DNA of 64,000 nt from a virus, in the IMG/VR virus record IMGVR_UViG_3300042901_002277; one strand, given 5' to 3'. The notes beneath the pieces were generated by a model, which searched no databases, was not told the origin of the DNA, and saw nothing but the letters and a program-made list of their open reading frames with translations. This document shows positions 1-9,623 of this stretch, in pieces; positions within the stretch are counted from its first letter, which is position 1; every line of letters starts with the position of its first letter. A program made the translations under genes and the position numbers.

Positions 1-1
1 A

Positions 2-568
2 ATACATTGGCACTTAGAGCACATAGAAAACGATGTTCCACAGGTTGCTGCTGCTTGGAATATGTTGAAGAATAATGTCTCAAGCCCAAATAATGGCTCT
101 ACTGGTTTTGTTAGTTGTTCCTCCGAGAATCTCTCCACACCAGATGAATATATTGACTTCTTGAATCGGGTGGAAATAAAATGCACCGAAAATACCGGGT
201 GGGAGATGGGATGGGATTCCTCGGATAGAAGGGCCGTGATTACTCACGAGGTGACAGGAAAGAAAATAATTCGCATCTGCCCGCTTGGACACGTTCAGAC
301 GGTTGTGTCATTTGACAGTACAGAACCAACCCGTGAGCATCAAGAAATGATGAACAAAATTAATTGGTGGTTTCTTGAAAAAATATGGAAAGATAAGTCA
401 ATTCAGTTTTGGTGGGAATGGTCTGTTGGTGACCTTGTAATTCCAGATTTAACACAAATGGCTCATGCTGTAAAAACAGGTTTTAAACATAATCAACGAA
501 ATTTTGTTGGGTACTGGGCCTTCGGTGATGGATATGAAAAAAGAATAAAAAATCCACTAAATACCTAA
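2..568 (+). CDS. TauD/TfdA-like 2OG-Fe(II) dioxygenase (5' truncated by window edge)
   Basis: Frame is open from base 2 (IHWHLEHIENDVPQVAAAWN then M62); C-terminal WSVGDLVIPDLTQMAHAV; paralog of 9620..10450. Confidence 0.75.
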   Translation: MHWHLEHIENDVPQVAAAWNMLKNNVSSPNNGSTGFVSCSSENLSTPDEYIDFLNRVEIKCTENTGWEMGWDSSDRRAVITHEVTGKKIIRICPLGHVQTVVSFDSTEPTREHQEMMNKINWWFLEKIWKDKSIQFWWEWSVGDLVIPDLTQMAHAVKTGFKHNQRNFVGYWAFGDGYEKRIKNPLNT

Positions 569-1339
569 CAGTGTTCCAACTGGTACGTACCCGAAATCAA
601 GACCTTCAACTTTTTCAACATCTTTTTTTAAATTAACAAGCCATTTAAAATCTGCATCTTCTTTTCTCATTGAGTCGTAATCAAAGTGCTCTAATCCATG
701 ACAAAACCATGACAGATACGAATACCTGACTCCAGAGGTAACTGGAAGTATCTCGTGTGCACCAATGTACGATGAAGGGTATACTGTCACCGAACCAACT
801 TTACCCTTGTGCGTAATCCCCCATGTTTTAAACTTTAACTCCCCGCCATCGTAGTTATCGTTTAGTGCAACCGTCGTCGTGAGTGTGTTGTATAGCGGGA
901 AAATGTGAAGCGGGTTATAGGTATCCCCATCATATGGAAGCCCACAATCAGAATGTGAACCTATGTACTGCCCGGGTTCATACCTTGCAATATGCCCATT
1001 TGTTCTCCATGTTAATTCAGAAATAGAAACAGGAAAAACTCTTGCGTACAGGACAACGGCAGAGTATATGGCATCGTCAATTAATTTTCTTATTAAATCA
1101 TCCTCTTCTGTCTTGCCATCGTATTGAAAGTTATCAAAGCGTGTAGGTCTGGTATCAACTGAATTTTTTGAAAATTCGTACCCACCCTGATTTAGCTCTA
1201 CTGAATCGTCCACCTCAATGTAGGCCTGCGGACTAGAACCTGCCTCAATTCTTTCCAACCACGCAAGACTCCTCTTGTTATCCAAATCCAGCAATCCGTC
1301 AATAGCTAAAATTCCATTTCCAAGATGACGAACATTCAC
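557..1339 (-). CDS. 2OG-Fe(II) oxygenase, prolyl-4-hydroxylase-like
   Basis: HSD...YDGGEL...GAHEILPVTSGVRYS: HxD..H triad plus 2OG-binding R. Confidence 0.85.
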   Translation of the reverse strand: MNVRHLGNGILAIDGLLDLDNKRSLAWLERIEAGSSPQAYIEVDDSVELNQGGYEFSKNSVDTRPTRFDNFQYDGKTEEDDLIRKLIDDAIYSAVVLYARVFPVSISELTWRTNGHIARYEPGQYIGSHSDCGLPYDGDTYNPLHIFPLYNTLTTTVALNDNYDGGELKFKTWGITHKGKVGSVTVYPSSYIGAHEILPVTSGVRYSYLSWFCHGLEHFDYDSMRKEDADFKWLVNLKKDVEKVEGLDFGYVPVGTLLGI

Positions 1340-2202
1340 GAATGCATGCTTTCGACCAAAGACAGGGCAAGGGCCGGTGCCTTTGCACCAAGTGTTTCCA
1401 AATAATTTTTAAAATCTTTTCGTAAATTCGGCATATAAACGTTTGTTGAAAGATTGGCAATTTGAGGATTTTCTATAGGGTCTATTATTACTTCGTTTAG
1501 TTCAACATTTGGGCTACCGTGGGAGTACCAACCAAGATAGGTGTACCTATTCCCGCTGGTAACCGGTTTCACTTCATGAGCAGCAATGTAATTTGAAGGA
1601 AACATCATTATGTCTCCGGTTTTTGGTTTATATTCGATGTCCAAGTAGTTAAAATAATGCTCTCCACCACTGAAATCTTCGTTTAAATATACGATACAAG
1701 AAATTGTATTCCTTGTAGCAATCTGGTCGGATGGTTCAGGCATGCCATACGTGTAATCGGCACTAGTATCGGAGTGTTGTCCAAGAAAAGTTCCACCATG
1801 TTCTACCGAGTATGAAACAATATGGCCTTTTACCTTCCACCAGACATTCTTGTAGGCAAGTGGAAAAAGAACGAAATACTTTAATAGATATAAATCTTTC
1901 GATTTTTCAATGAAGTGTAGGAAAGTTTTAATTTCTTCATCCTCTACTCCATGTATTCTAGATGCACGTCTTGGCATCTCGTTGACCCCATCTGCGTCAA
2001 AATAGTATCCGCTCCTGTTCAGGAATAAAATTGCCCCTGTCTCCGGGTCAATTGCCTCTGTGTACATTTCTGAACGTTCACGACTAACTTGTTTTTCAGC
2101 AAATGAACAAGCCCATTCAGAATCAAATGTTATTGCATTCTCGAATAAGACCACACCACCACCAAGATGTTTTGCATCGACATCATTGAACAAATAGTTC
2201 AT
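1336..2202 (-). CDS. 2OG-Fe(II) oxygenase, prolyl-4-hydroxylase-like
   Basis: HSD...YLNEDFSGGE...AAHEVKPVTSGNRY. Confidence 0.85.
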   Translation of the reverse strand: MNYLFNDVDAKHLGGGVVLFENAITFDSEWACSFAEKQVSRERSEMYTEAIDPETGAILFLNRSGYYFDADGVNEMPRRASRIHGVEDEEIKTFLHFIEKSKDLYLLKYFVLFPLAYKNVWWKVKGHIVSYSVEHGGTFLGQHSDTSADYTYGMPEPSDQIATRNTISCIVYLNEDFSGGEHYFNYLDIEYKPKTGDIMMFPSNYIAAHEVKPVTSGNRYTYLGWYSHGSPNVELNEVIIDPIENPQIANLSTNVYMPNLRKDFKNYLETLGAKAPALALSLVESMHS

Positions 2203-2897
2203 ACCTTTTCCATAACAATAACCTCTGCTGTCTCCGTATACCTGTCATCTCCCCATTGCCTGACGGTTATAATCTCAACATTTTTTATAATATTTTTATT
2301 GGACATATTACGCACCTCTTCTTCGTATCCCTGTTCAGAGTAAGCCGAGGAATTCACACTAATAATCGCCAAGCCCCCGGACCTCAGCGTGGAAAGTACG
2401 TTTATTATATTCTCTGGCCCAAGATGGAGTTTAGTAAAAACACCTGAGCTCAGAGCTGCATCATATTTATTGTAAAGCTCTTTATTTTCTTCTTTTATGT
2501 TTCCAATAAACAAATTTTCATAAATGGATTCATTCGTTGGCCTAAGAGACTGTCTTGATAATTTTTTAATTTGTTCGAATTTTTCGCTTGTCGTCTTAAT
2601 CATTTCTTCAGAAATATCAATTCCATCAAGGCCGATGTTGGATTGATTTTTTAGCAGATTGATTCCAATTGCTCCAGTTCCGCATCCAATATCAATACAG
2701 TTGGATGAATTCAAATGTTTTAATTTTTGAATAGCTATTTTTACTACATTTTCCGCTAGGGCATAATTTGTTTTATCAATAAAAGCATCATACGATGAAG
2801 CTTGACTATCGTAAAATGCTGCAACGAATTCATCTCCGTCTTCCTGATACATTTCCAGGGCAATGTATAGACTCTCAACTTCGTCCGGTATTTTCAT
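2199..2897 (-). CDS. Class I SAM-dependent methyltransferase
   Basis: DIGCGTG motif I, GIDISEEM, YDAALSSGVF. Confidence 0.85.
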   Translation of the reverse strand: MKIPDEVESLYIALEMYQEDGDEFVAAFYDSQASSYDAFIDKTNYALAENVVKIAIQKLKHLNSSNCIDIGCGTGAIGINLLKNQSNIGLDGIDISEEMIKTTSEKFEQIKKLSRQSLRPTNESIYENLFIGNIKEENKELYNKYDAALSSGVFTKLHLGPENIINVLSTLRSGGLAIISVNSSAYSEQGYEEEVRNMSNKNIIKNVEIITVRQWGDDRYTETAEVIVMEKV

Positions 2898-2902
2898 GGT
2901 AA

Positions 2903-4012
2903 TTAAAATTTATGGATGAATTCCACGAAGTCCTCTTCGGATTCGCCTATATTTTCAAATTCTATAATTCCCATTTCTTCGTACTTTCTCCTCAACCATT
3001 TCCCATTTCTATCCAATAAACCTAACTTTGAAACATTTGGGACTATCTTAGCTGAAAGCATCCTTCTAATCCACGCTTGGGCTGGGTCGTTGAGTAGGTA
3101 TGGGGCTATGTCCTTGGTTTTTACACCCATCTTCTCAAACACTTCCTGCTGAAGCATTCTTTCACCGAGCTTAAGCGTAGCCTCAAATGCAAATTCCTGT
3201 CTCTCCATTATTTCTGAATCTGTCATTTCTGAATATACTTCCCTTAGTGTAAGAACCCCAAAAGATATGTGTCTTGCTTCGTCGGACATTACATTCCTTA
3301 GGAGTTGTTTTAGAAGTGGCTCGGCTGTTAACTCACGCATGTAGGCCATTGATGCCAACCCTAAACCTTCAACCATAATCTGCATCCCGAGATATGTCAT
3401 GTCCCAGCGGCTGTCCGAAATAGTGTCATCAACCAGACTTTGAATATGCCAGTTGAATGGAAGCACCCCACCGAGTTTTTCACTTGCGTACCTTGAAAAA
3501 ACTTCTGTATGCCTGGCCTCGTCCATCACCTGCGTTGATGCATACAACTTTCCGTCGTACCAAGGACATGTCATTGATATTTTTGCAGAGCACATAAGAG
3601 CAGCCTGCTCTCCATGTATAAACTGTGAAATCATCCATCTTCTACTTTGAACGCCGAATTCAAGCCACTCGGATTGCCCCCAGTGCTCAACAGGGCTACC
3701 CTTATAAACAGACATATCCCTACTTGTTCCGAAGTTCATGTAATCTTCGGCTACGGATTTTTCAACATCCACGTCCGTAGACCAGTCAAGGGCGGTTGCA
3801 CCATCCCACTGACTTGACTTTGCCTTTTCGTAAATCTTTTTTAATCCTTCTCTTTGGCGCGAGTAGTCCCATGTGAATATTGAATCAATATTGCTTTGAA
3901 CTATGTGATGAATTTCATTTGGGTCCGAAGATGGGGCGTCAACAATTGCATCAAAATTATAAATTTTTACATTTCCCTTTAAATGGCCAAAAGTATCCTT
4001 TGTTACCGTCAT
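2903..4012 (-). CDS. Ferritin-like diiron enzyme (AurF-like)
   Basis: GEQAA / DEARH / VEGLG / DEARH paired diiron ligands. Confidence 0.8.
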   Translation of the reverse strand: MTVTKDTFGHLKGNVKIYNFDAIVDAPSSDPNEIHHIVQSNIDSIFTWDYSRQREGLKKIYEKAKSSQWDGATALDWSTDVDVEKSVAEDYMNFGTSRDMSVYKGSPVEHWGQSEWLEFGVQSRRWMISQFIHGEQAALMCSAKISMTCPWYDGKLYASTQVMDEARHTEVFSRYASEKLGGVLPFNWHIQSLVDDTISDSRWDMTYLGMQIMVEGLGLASMAYMRELTAEPLLKQLLRNVMSDEARHISFGVLTLREVYSEMTDSEIMERQEFAFEATLKLGERMLQQEVFEKMGVKTKDIAPYLLNDPAQAWIRRMLSAKIVPNVSKLGLLDRNGKWLRRKYEEMGIIEFENIGESEEDFVEFIHKF

Positions 4013-4054
4013 GAAACAATGGTACTACACCACCATGGGGCTTAGTAACCCGAT

Positions 4055-4909
4055 TTATATGTGGTCTTTTTCTCTGGTCCTAAAGTTAAAAAGCTTTTCA
4101 TTTACTCCATTAATGTGCTCATGTTTAGAAGATATGTGCCTATCGTAATCCTCGATTATTGAGGTTAACCACCACTGACCCTCGTTCTTGTAATACTCGT
4201 CCGGGACAATCGGGGATACGCCTTTTTCTTTGTCCTCTGAACCCTGCGCGAACCAGCTCAGATATGAATATCTAGTACCGCGCGTTATCTCATGTATTTC
4301 ATGAGCGCCAAGATATCCGGCTGGCATCAGCAATATGTCACCAGAAGCAGGAGTAATATCTATCCCAAAATACGGGATTGACATATGACCACCAGAAAAT
4401 GAATGCTCTACAGATTCATCATCCGTTGAGTCGTTTATATACACAAGCGCAGAAAGGACGTTTCTTGTTGCATGTTCTGTTTTTGGTATTGCTCCGTACC
4501 TATAGTTAACATCGTTGTCACAATGCAGGCCAAGACTCGCCCCCTCGTCGTAACATAGGACATGACCGGTTGAGCGCCACCACAGACACTGCAGAACTGC
4601 TGGGAATAACTCTATGTATTCAAGAAGGCACTGGTAAACGGCATCGTCGCATTCCCGAAAAAATGGGTGAGTAAGGCTTTGTATTCTAACTGGTGCAGTT
4701 CTCATTGACTCTAGGTCGTAAATAAAATCACCCTTGTTCACTGCATGTGATGCATTTCCGCTGTCATCATAAATAATTGTAAAATTTTCTTTTCTCCAAT
4801 TTTCTTTAATCTCGCTTAGATGCTCTATTAATTCAGCTTTTGGCACATCAAGTACATTTTTGAAGAGCACAGTTCCGCCACCCAGGTGTTCTGCATTGAT
4901 TTTGCTCAT
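4055..4909 (-). CDS. 2OG-Fe(II) oxygenase, prolyl-4-hydroxylase-like
   Basis: HCD...FSGG...GAHEIHEITRGTRYS; paralog of 557 and 1336. Confidence 0.85.
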   Translation of the reverse strand: MSKINAEHLGGGTVLFKNVLDVPKAELIEHLSEIKENWRKENFTIIYDDSGNASHAVNKGDFIYDLESMRTAPVRIQSLTHPFFRECDDAVYQCLLEYIELFPAVLQCLWWRSTGHVLCYDEGASLGLHCDNDVNYRYGAIPKTEHATRNVLSALVYINDSTDDESVEHSFSGGHMSIPYFGIDITPASGDILLMPAGYLGAHEIHEITRGTRYSYLSWFAQGSEDKEKGVSPIVPDEYYKNEGQWWLTSIIEDYDRHISSKHEHINGVNEKLFNFRTREKDHI

Positions 4910-5505
4910 CTTGAGTAAGCGCTCCAGTCCTGGGTTTCCATGCTTGATGGTTTTTCGGGCTTAAAGTTAGCACTAACGACTATTCTTTCTGTGTTTTTGT
5001 TTTGATGTCTATTAGTCATGTGCATTAAGTAAGAATTAAACACCACAAGCCCACCTGTCTCTGGTTTTATTGAAACACTTTTTTCTAAAGTATTGCATGC
5101 ATCAACCATGAATATAAGGTCAGCGCTCCCTTCTGGAGCACTTGGATAATACGCTATTGAGAAAAACTCCTCATCATGCATGTGCGTGTTCGACTTGTGC
5201 GAATGAGCAGCTACGGATTGACCGTAATTTAAAGTCAAAGTCCATATCTCAGAAAGAACCATTTTTACACCAACTATTGAATTAACTGCTTCGCTGAGTG
5301 TGTTTATCAACTTTTCTGATTCTGGCTGTCCAAATGGATATCTTTTATCCTCGTAATATGTGTGGTTTTCTTTGCTTAAGAATTGCTGCCCTATTTCTCC
5401 AGAGCAATCTTTTATTTCTTCTACAAGTTTGTTGTTATTCACATTTTTTATTTTTGTTTTAAAAACATTGACTGTTAGTAAGTTTACTATTTCAGCATTA
5501 CTCAT
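4906..5505 (-). CDS. Putative 2OG-Fe(II) oxygenase (2OG-FeII_Oxy_5-like)
   Basis: HSH...YYP...GLVVFNSYLMHMT...RIVVSANF; start at MSNAE assumed. Confidence 0.75.
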   Translation of the reverse strand: MSNAEIVNLLTVNVFKTKIKNVNNNKLVEEIKDCSGEIGQQFLSKENHTYYEDKRYPFGQPESEKLINTLSEAVNSIVGVKMVLSEIWTLTLNYGQSVAAHSHKSNTHMHDEEFFSIAYYPSAPEGSADLIFMVDACNTLEKSVSIKPETGGLVVFNSYLMHMTNRHQNKNTERIVVSANFKPEKPSSMETQDWSAYSR

Positions 5506-6172
5506 AAAAGAATTCACCAAGTTTTAGTGCTGTTGGCGGGTTGTTCCTATGCCAAACATTGGTAACCATAACTTGTCTAATCCCACTTTTTGCTGGCGTA
5601 GTGCCATGTACAACATGTCCAGCATCGAATATTATTAACCGATTCCCACGATAGGCGATTCGTTCCCTTTCTTCTATCGGTACCAGTAATGCATTGATAT
5701 TCTCCGCCTCAATCGCCATTGGAGTTCCGTCAACAAGAATGGCTTTGTTGTAAATTTCAACAAATCCTCCTTCACTGTTGTCTAATCCATAATAAATTGA
5801 ACCCATAAGCGGTCCACTAAATACTTTTGAGTCGGCATATAAAAAAGTGTCTTCGTCAACATGGACATCTAGGTACTGGCCTGGGAGGTAGGTTCTTGTC
5901 CAGTATTCGATTCCAAGTATCTCTTCTTTATCGCAAGGAAGATTATTCTCCCAAATACCTTGAACCACCCTTTTCCTTGGTGTGTTTGCTGGAGACCTCC
6001 ACCAACCATCCCAGAACATATATGGCGCAAAGCAGCTCGCTTGCTCGTAGTGATATGAATTTAACTCTGATGCAATCCTGTCTTCACTGCCCATTGATTC
6101 TGGATAAAAATCCTTATCCTCGAGCATTTCCTGGTAAGTTTTTGCGTCTATTGCGTTATCTTTAATCAGCAT
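5498..6172 (-). CDS. 2OG-Fe(II) oxygenase
   Basis: EYWTR...HVDED...NRLIIFDAGHVVHGT...R; start at MLIKD assumed. Confidence 0.8.
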   Translation of the reverse strand: MLIKDNAIDAKTYQEMLEDKDFYPESMGSEDRIASELNSYHYEQASCFAPYMFWDGWWRSPANTPRKRVVQGIWENNLPCDKEEILGIEYWTRTYLPGQYLDVHVDEDTFLYADSKVFSGPLMGSIYYGLDNSEGGFVEIYNKAILVDGTPMAIEAENINALLVPIEERERIAYRGNRLIIFDAGHVVHGTTPAKSGIRQVMVTNVWHRNNPPTALKLGEFFYE

Positions 6173-6908
6173 ACTCACCACCCTTTATGACTATTGTCAG
6201 GCCATAGAAAATCGGGATGTGATAAGTCCGACAGTCAGTTCTGGACTTCATTTCCTCATGATACGACCAAACCGGGGATGCATGCGTTTCGTTTTGGTAC
6301 AAAAACGCGCTGTCAGAAGAATTTTGCACAATTAAAATACCGTTGTCGTTCAATCTATCAATGTAAAAATTTGGTCCTGTAAATGGGTTTTCCATATCCT
6401 GAGACCAACCCAGAATCATGTCAAACTTAATGTCCTTATTACTTTCGAGACCGCTCGTCGTTACAACCTCGTAATCAATTGGAGTATTAACTTTTTGAAA
6501 TTTTTCATAGAGTGCTAATTTTTTGTTATTTAAAAAATATATTTTAGATTTAAAAACATCTTGAAACTGTTTCAATTTAAACCTATCAGGACCACCCGAA
6601 AGTGCTAAGACTTTGTGCTTTGGAGATATGTCCATGAGCATCATCACCACAAGAATGGGCATCCACTGAGACTGGCCATACGATTGAGCCAAATTTGGCC
6701 TCGGATAATGGATGACAAATTCGAAATCAGAAGCTCCGCCAGTAGCGATGTTTCTTCTATCTACGCCAATAGTTTCAAATAAGTATTTTGAAATCTCTAC
6801 AGACTCAGGACCGTCTACAAGCGTTGATGTTTCTGCAAAACCACGCCAATCTCCATACCACTTTGTGTAGTCAAACGCTCGGTATGGTGCAAATTGATTA
6901 TCAGCCAT
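6162..6908 (-). CDS. Divergent methyltransferase-like protein
   Basis: Rossmann-like pattern KVLALSGG...KFDMILG...RLNDNGILIV; motif I degenerate. Confidence 0.45.
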   Translation of the reverse strand: MADNQFAPYRAFDYTKWYGDWRGFAETSTLVDGPESVEISKYLFETIGVDRRNIATGGASDFEFVIHYPRPNLAQSYGQSQWMPILVVMMLMDISPKHKVLALSGGPDRFKLKQFQDVFKSKIYFLNNKKLALYEKFQKVNTPIDYEVVTTSGLESNKDIKFDMILGWSQDMENPFTGPNFYIDRLNDNGILIVQNSSDSAFLYQNETHASPVWSYHEEMKSRTDCRTYHIPIFYGLTIVIKGGEYAD

Positions 6909-7194
6909 TTTCTAGAGCCTCGTGAGAAGCGAACTGAACATCAAACCACGAACGTCTAACTGCTCTAGCCAATACTATGTTCTGTTTTTTGATGTATGCC
7001 TGCGAAGCTGAGTTCTCTGTGAATGAGTGTTTGTATACATATCTATCGCGTATTAGGTTCACAAGGTTGTCGATGGTTAAATCGTCGAATTCTTCTTTGC
7101 CGTAGCCGAGTATGTACAGGAGTGATGCAAGGTTCCTGGATGAAATTTCAAAATCTTCATCACTTAAGTATTTTTCAAGTTTTTGACTATTCAT
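6901..7194 (-). CDS. Hypothetical protein
   Basis: Overlaps both neighbours in the operon; start MNSQK. Confidence 0.65.
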   Translation of the reverse strand: MNSQKLEKYLSDEDFEISSRNLASLLYILGYGKEEFDDLTIDNLVNLIRDRYVYKHSFTENSASQAYIKKQNIVLARAVRRSWFDVQFASHEALENG

Positions 7195-7384
7195 TTTCTT
7201 TGTCTTCGTCTTTAAACATTGCCACAAGTTGACACATGATTACTGGATTTCCAGCAACATAATATATCCCCGTAGCAGAGTCCAGCTCAATCACTTCATT
7301 ATCCCAATCAGGTAAATCGGTGATTGATTCACCCTTGCGCCTGCTCATATCAGGATTCTTGATGTCCTCTTCGTTATTCATCAT
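7187..7384 (-). CDS. Small acidic hypothetical protein
   Basis: Overlapping stop/start coupling on both sides. Confidence 0.6.
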   Translation of the reverse strand: MMNNEEDIKNPDMSRRKGESITDLPDWDNEVIELDSATGIYYVAGNPVIMCQLVAMFKDEDKENE

Positions 7385-7619
7385 GATTACCCAATAGTTT
7401 ATTTAGGGCAATTACTTCTTGGCATAGGACGTTGTATGAATCGAACATTGAATCGCCTTCGTTGTGCGGATTCTTTTCCTCTGGGTTAAATGAAGAAACG
7501 TCAATACCCATAATCATTGAAAGCGTTGCTATTGATTTAGACAAAAAAGCAACTGCTTCATTGATTGCAATTTTTTCGTCGTATTGTCCAAGTTTCATGT
7601 CACTCCAGGTTTGGCTCAT
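7374..7619 (-). CDS. Hypothetical protein
   Basis: Coupled ORF; weak similarity to 6901..7194. Confidence 0.65.
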   Translation of the reverse strand: MSQTWSDMKLGQYDEKIAINEAVAFLSKSIATLSMIMGIDVSSFNPEEKNPHNEGDSMFDSYNVLCQEVIALNKLLGNHDE

Positions 7620-8307
7620 TTAGTTTCGGTAACCCAACAAAAGATGGACCAATCTTATTGCCATCAGCGTCCAATCCTGTCCTAATTCCTTTCGTCCATG
7701 TCCATGGGTTATCCCTATTGTTGGTCATTTTTAGTTGTCCATATTTCTGCCTGGCATCCATTAGTTCTGGTTTATCCCATAAGTTTTCCACGATGAATTC
7801 AGTATTTTCATGAATAGAGCTATCGAATATTGAAAAGAACATAAATGGCATTCCAGCACTAAAAGTAACAGGCTCTCCGACCTTGGTAACCATCCAATTC
7901 ATTTGAAACTCATCTGGCCACCAACTACTTGGAATTATTGCACTGAGTGCGGATGCTCCATCAACCACGTAATTCGGAGAACCTCCAATCCATGTTTCGT
8001 ACCCATCTGGTGTTCCAAATGCCCACCCCGTAGAAAACGAAACCATTCCAACTATTCCGCCGTAGGCGATTTGACGACCCTCATATTCACCGCCAGAAAG
8101 AATCGTCGGAACAGTATGCCCGCCATCCCATTGGACGACTACATCTTGTTGAAGTACAAGTTCCCATCCGTAGACATTTGCGAATGTCATTGGCAAACAT
8201 TGATAGGCGTGTTTGTTGTGTGTATTATCCATCCACTCTCGCTTAATACGAGATTGTTTTATTTCAGGTGGATTCTGCGTTGTTCTTGTAAGGGTAAACT
8301 TTGGCAC
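7600..8307 (-). CDS. DUF6065-like protein
   Basis: REWMD...AYQCLPMTFANVYGWEL...WDGG and DEFQMNW pattern recalled for DUF6065. Confidence 0.7.
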   Translation of the reverse strand: MPKFTLTRTTQNPPEIKQSRIKREWMDNTHNKHAYQCLPMTFANVYGWELVLQQDVVVQWDGGHTVPTILSGGEYEGRQIAYGGIVGMVSFSTGWAFGTPDGYETWIGGSPNYVVDGASALSAIIPSSWWPDEFQMNWMVTKVGEPVTFSAGMPFMFFSIFDSSIHENTEFIVENLWDKPELMDARQKYGQLKMTNNRDNPWTWTKGIRTGLDADGNKIGPSFVGLPKLNEPNLE

Positions 8308-8343
8308 GCTAGAAGACTATCATTCGGAAATAGGAAAACATGC

Positions 8344-8991
8344 TCACCCTTGACCATACATATAGTGCTCTGGCTTGTGGGTTCTATCGTTGTAGTCAAA
8401 CATTGTTACTGCTACATACTTTTTCCCACTTATGATTGGCAAGGATGAATGAGCGTAAATAAAAGTTGAAGGGAAAAAAACGATGTCTCCGTATTCGGGT
8501 TTAATCTTAATATCCAAATAAGGAAACCAAAGCTCCCCACCTTCATACTCATCGTTCAAATACATAACTGAGGAAACAGTGCAATTATAAGAAAAACCAT
8601 GGTCGGTGTGGATTCCAAAATGCTGTCCAACGCCGTAACGAACATAATTAATAGATTCCATGAATTCCATATTTATGTTGTATCTGCTTTGATAGTCAGC
8701 CAAACATTCACGGAGTCCGTGATTTGTGTCATCGTAAATACTTTTTATTTCCAAAAACTGCGGGGGGCAATCTTGCAAATGTTCAATTCCCATTTTGCAG
8801 TCCACACAATCCCTGTACTCTGGCATTTTTACAGCGTCACCCACCAATGCGTCCATCCACATATACGGCGGTAAAGAGCTAGTCCCAATTGTGTTTTCCA
8901 AGCGTTCAACCAAATTGAGTTCTTTAGGTAATGCATTTTTGTAAATAATAATGCCCAACTTAGGGTCGCCTACATGTAGTGAGTGCATCAC
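8344..8991 (-). CDS. 2OG-Fe(II) oxygenase, prolyl-4-hydroxylase-like
   Basis: HTDH...YLNDEYEGGEL...FPSTFIYAHSS...K. Confidence 0.85.
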   Translation of the reverse strand: MMHSLHVGDPKLGIIIYKNALPKELNLVERLENTIGTSSLPPYMWMDALVGDAVKMPEYRDCVDCKMGIEHLQDCPPQFLEIKSIYDDTNHGLRECLADYQSRYNINMEFMESINYVRYGVGQHFGIHTDHGFSYNCTVSSVMYLNDEYEGGELWFPYLDIKIKPEYGDIVFFPSTFIYAHSSLPIISGKKYVAVTMFDYNDRTHKPEHYMYGQG

Positions 8992-9623
8992 AGAAACTCC
9001 TCTATCGTATAAAAAGCTGGAGTGGTAAATCTTTCTCCAGATGTAACCATACTAACTCCATGGAGGTAGTTTATGTCTCCTGGGTGAAAAACGGCAAGAC
9101 CAGGTTTTGGTTTAATCACCATATCGTGTTGGGGGTAGTAAAGTTCACCACCAGTAAAATCTTCATTATAATAAAACAATGCATTTATATCGTAATCAGT
9201 AAAAGGGTTGGGCGAACCATCGGGGAGTTGTTTGTCGGCGTGGGGCTCCTGTTGTATGCCGGTAAACCATCTAATTATGCATGGGGGCCTAGTGGACACA
9301 ACACAATTAAACGTCTCGTTTATTACCTTGCCCATCTTCTCGATATAGGAATCAATCAATTCATATATTTCTGGGTTTATTTTCTGTAGAATGTCATAAC
9401 CGCATTGACGGTCGTTCCAATAATTTGCATCGTACAGACATGTTCCGTCCTCTGCGTATATGCTTGTTGGTTCTTGGTTTGACCATTCCTTTATAGACCT
9501 TGCAAATAAATTTATTTTAGAAACATCTTCAGGGTCTATAAAATCTTCTATTACGTGGATATTTTCTTTACTTGAACCAAAAAATCCAGGTTTAACTCCC
9601 CATGGAGATGTGTCGCTGTTCAT
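8988..9623 (-). CDS. 2OG-Fe(II) oxygenase, prolyl-hydroxylase-like
   Basis: HADK...YYNEDFTGGEL...YLHGV...RFT. Confidence 0.85.
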   Translation of the reverse strand: MNSDTSPWGVKPGFFGSSKENIHVIEDFIDPEDVSKINLFARSIKEWSNQEPTSIYAEDGTCLYDANYWNDRQCGYDILQKINPEIYELIDSYIEKMGKVINETFNCVVSTRPPCIIRWFTGIQQEPHADKQLPDGSPNPFTDYDINALFYYNEDFTGGELYYPQHDMVIKPKPGLAVFHPGDINYLHGVSMVTSGERFTTPAFYTIEEFL

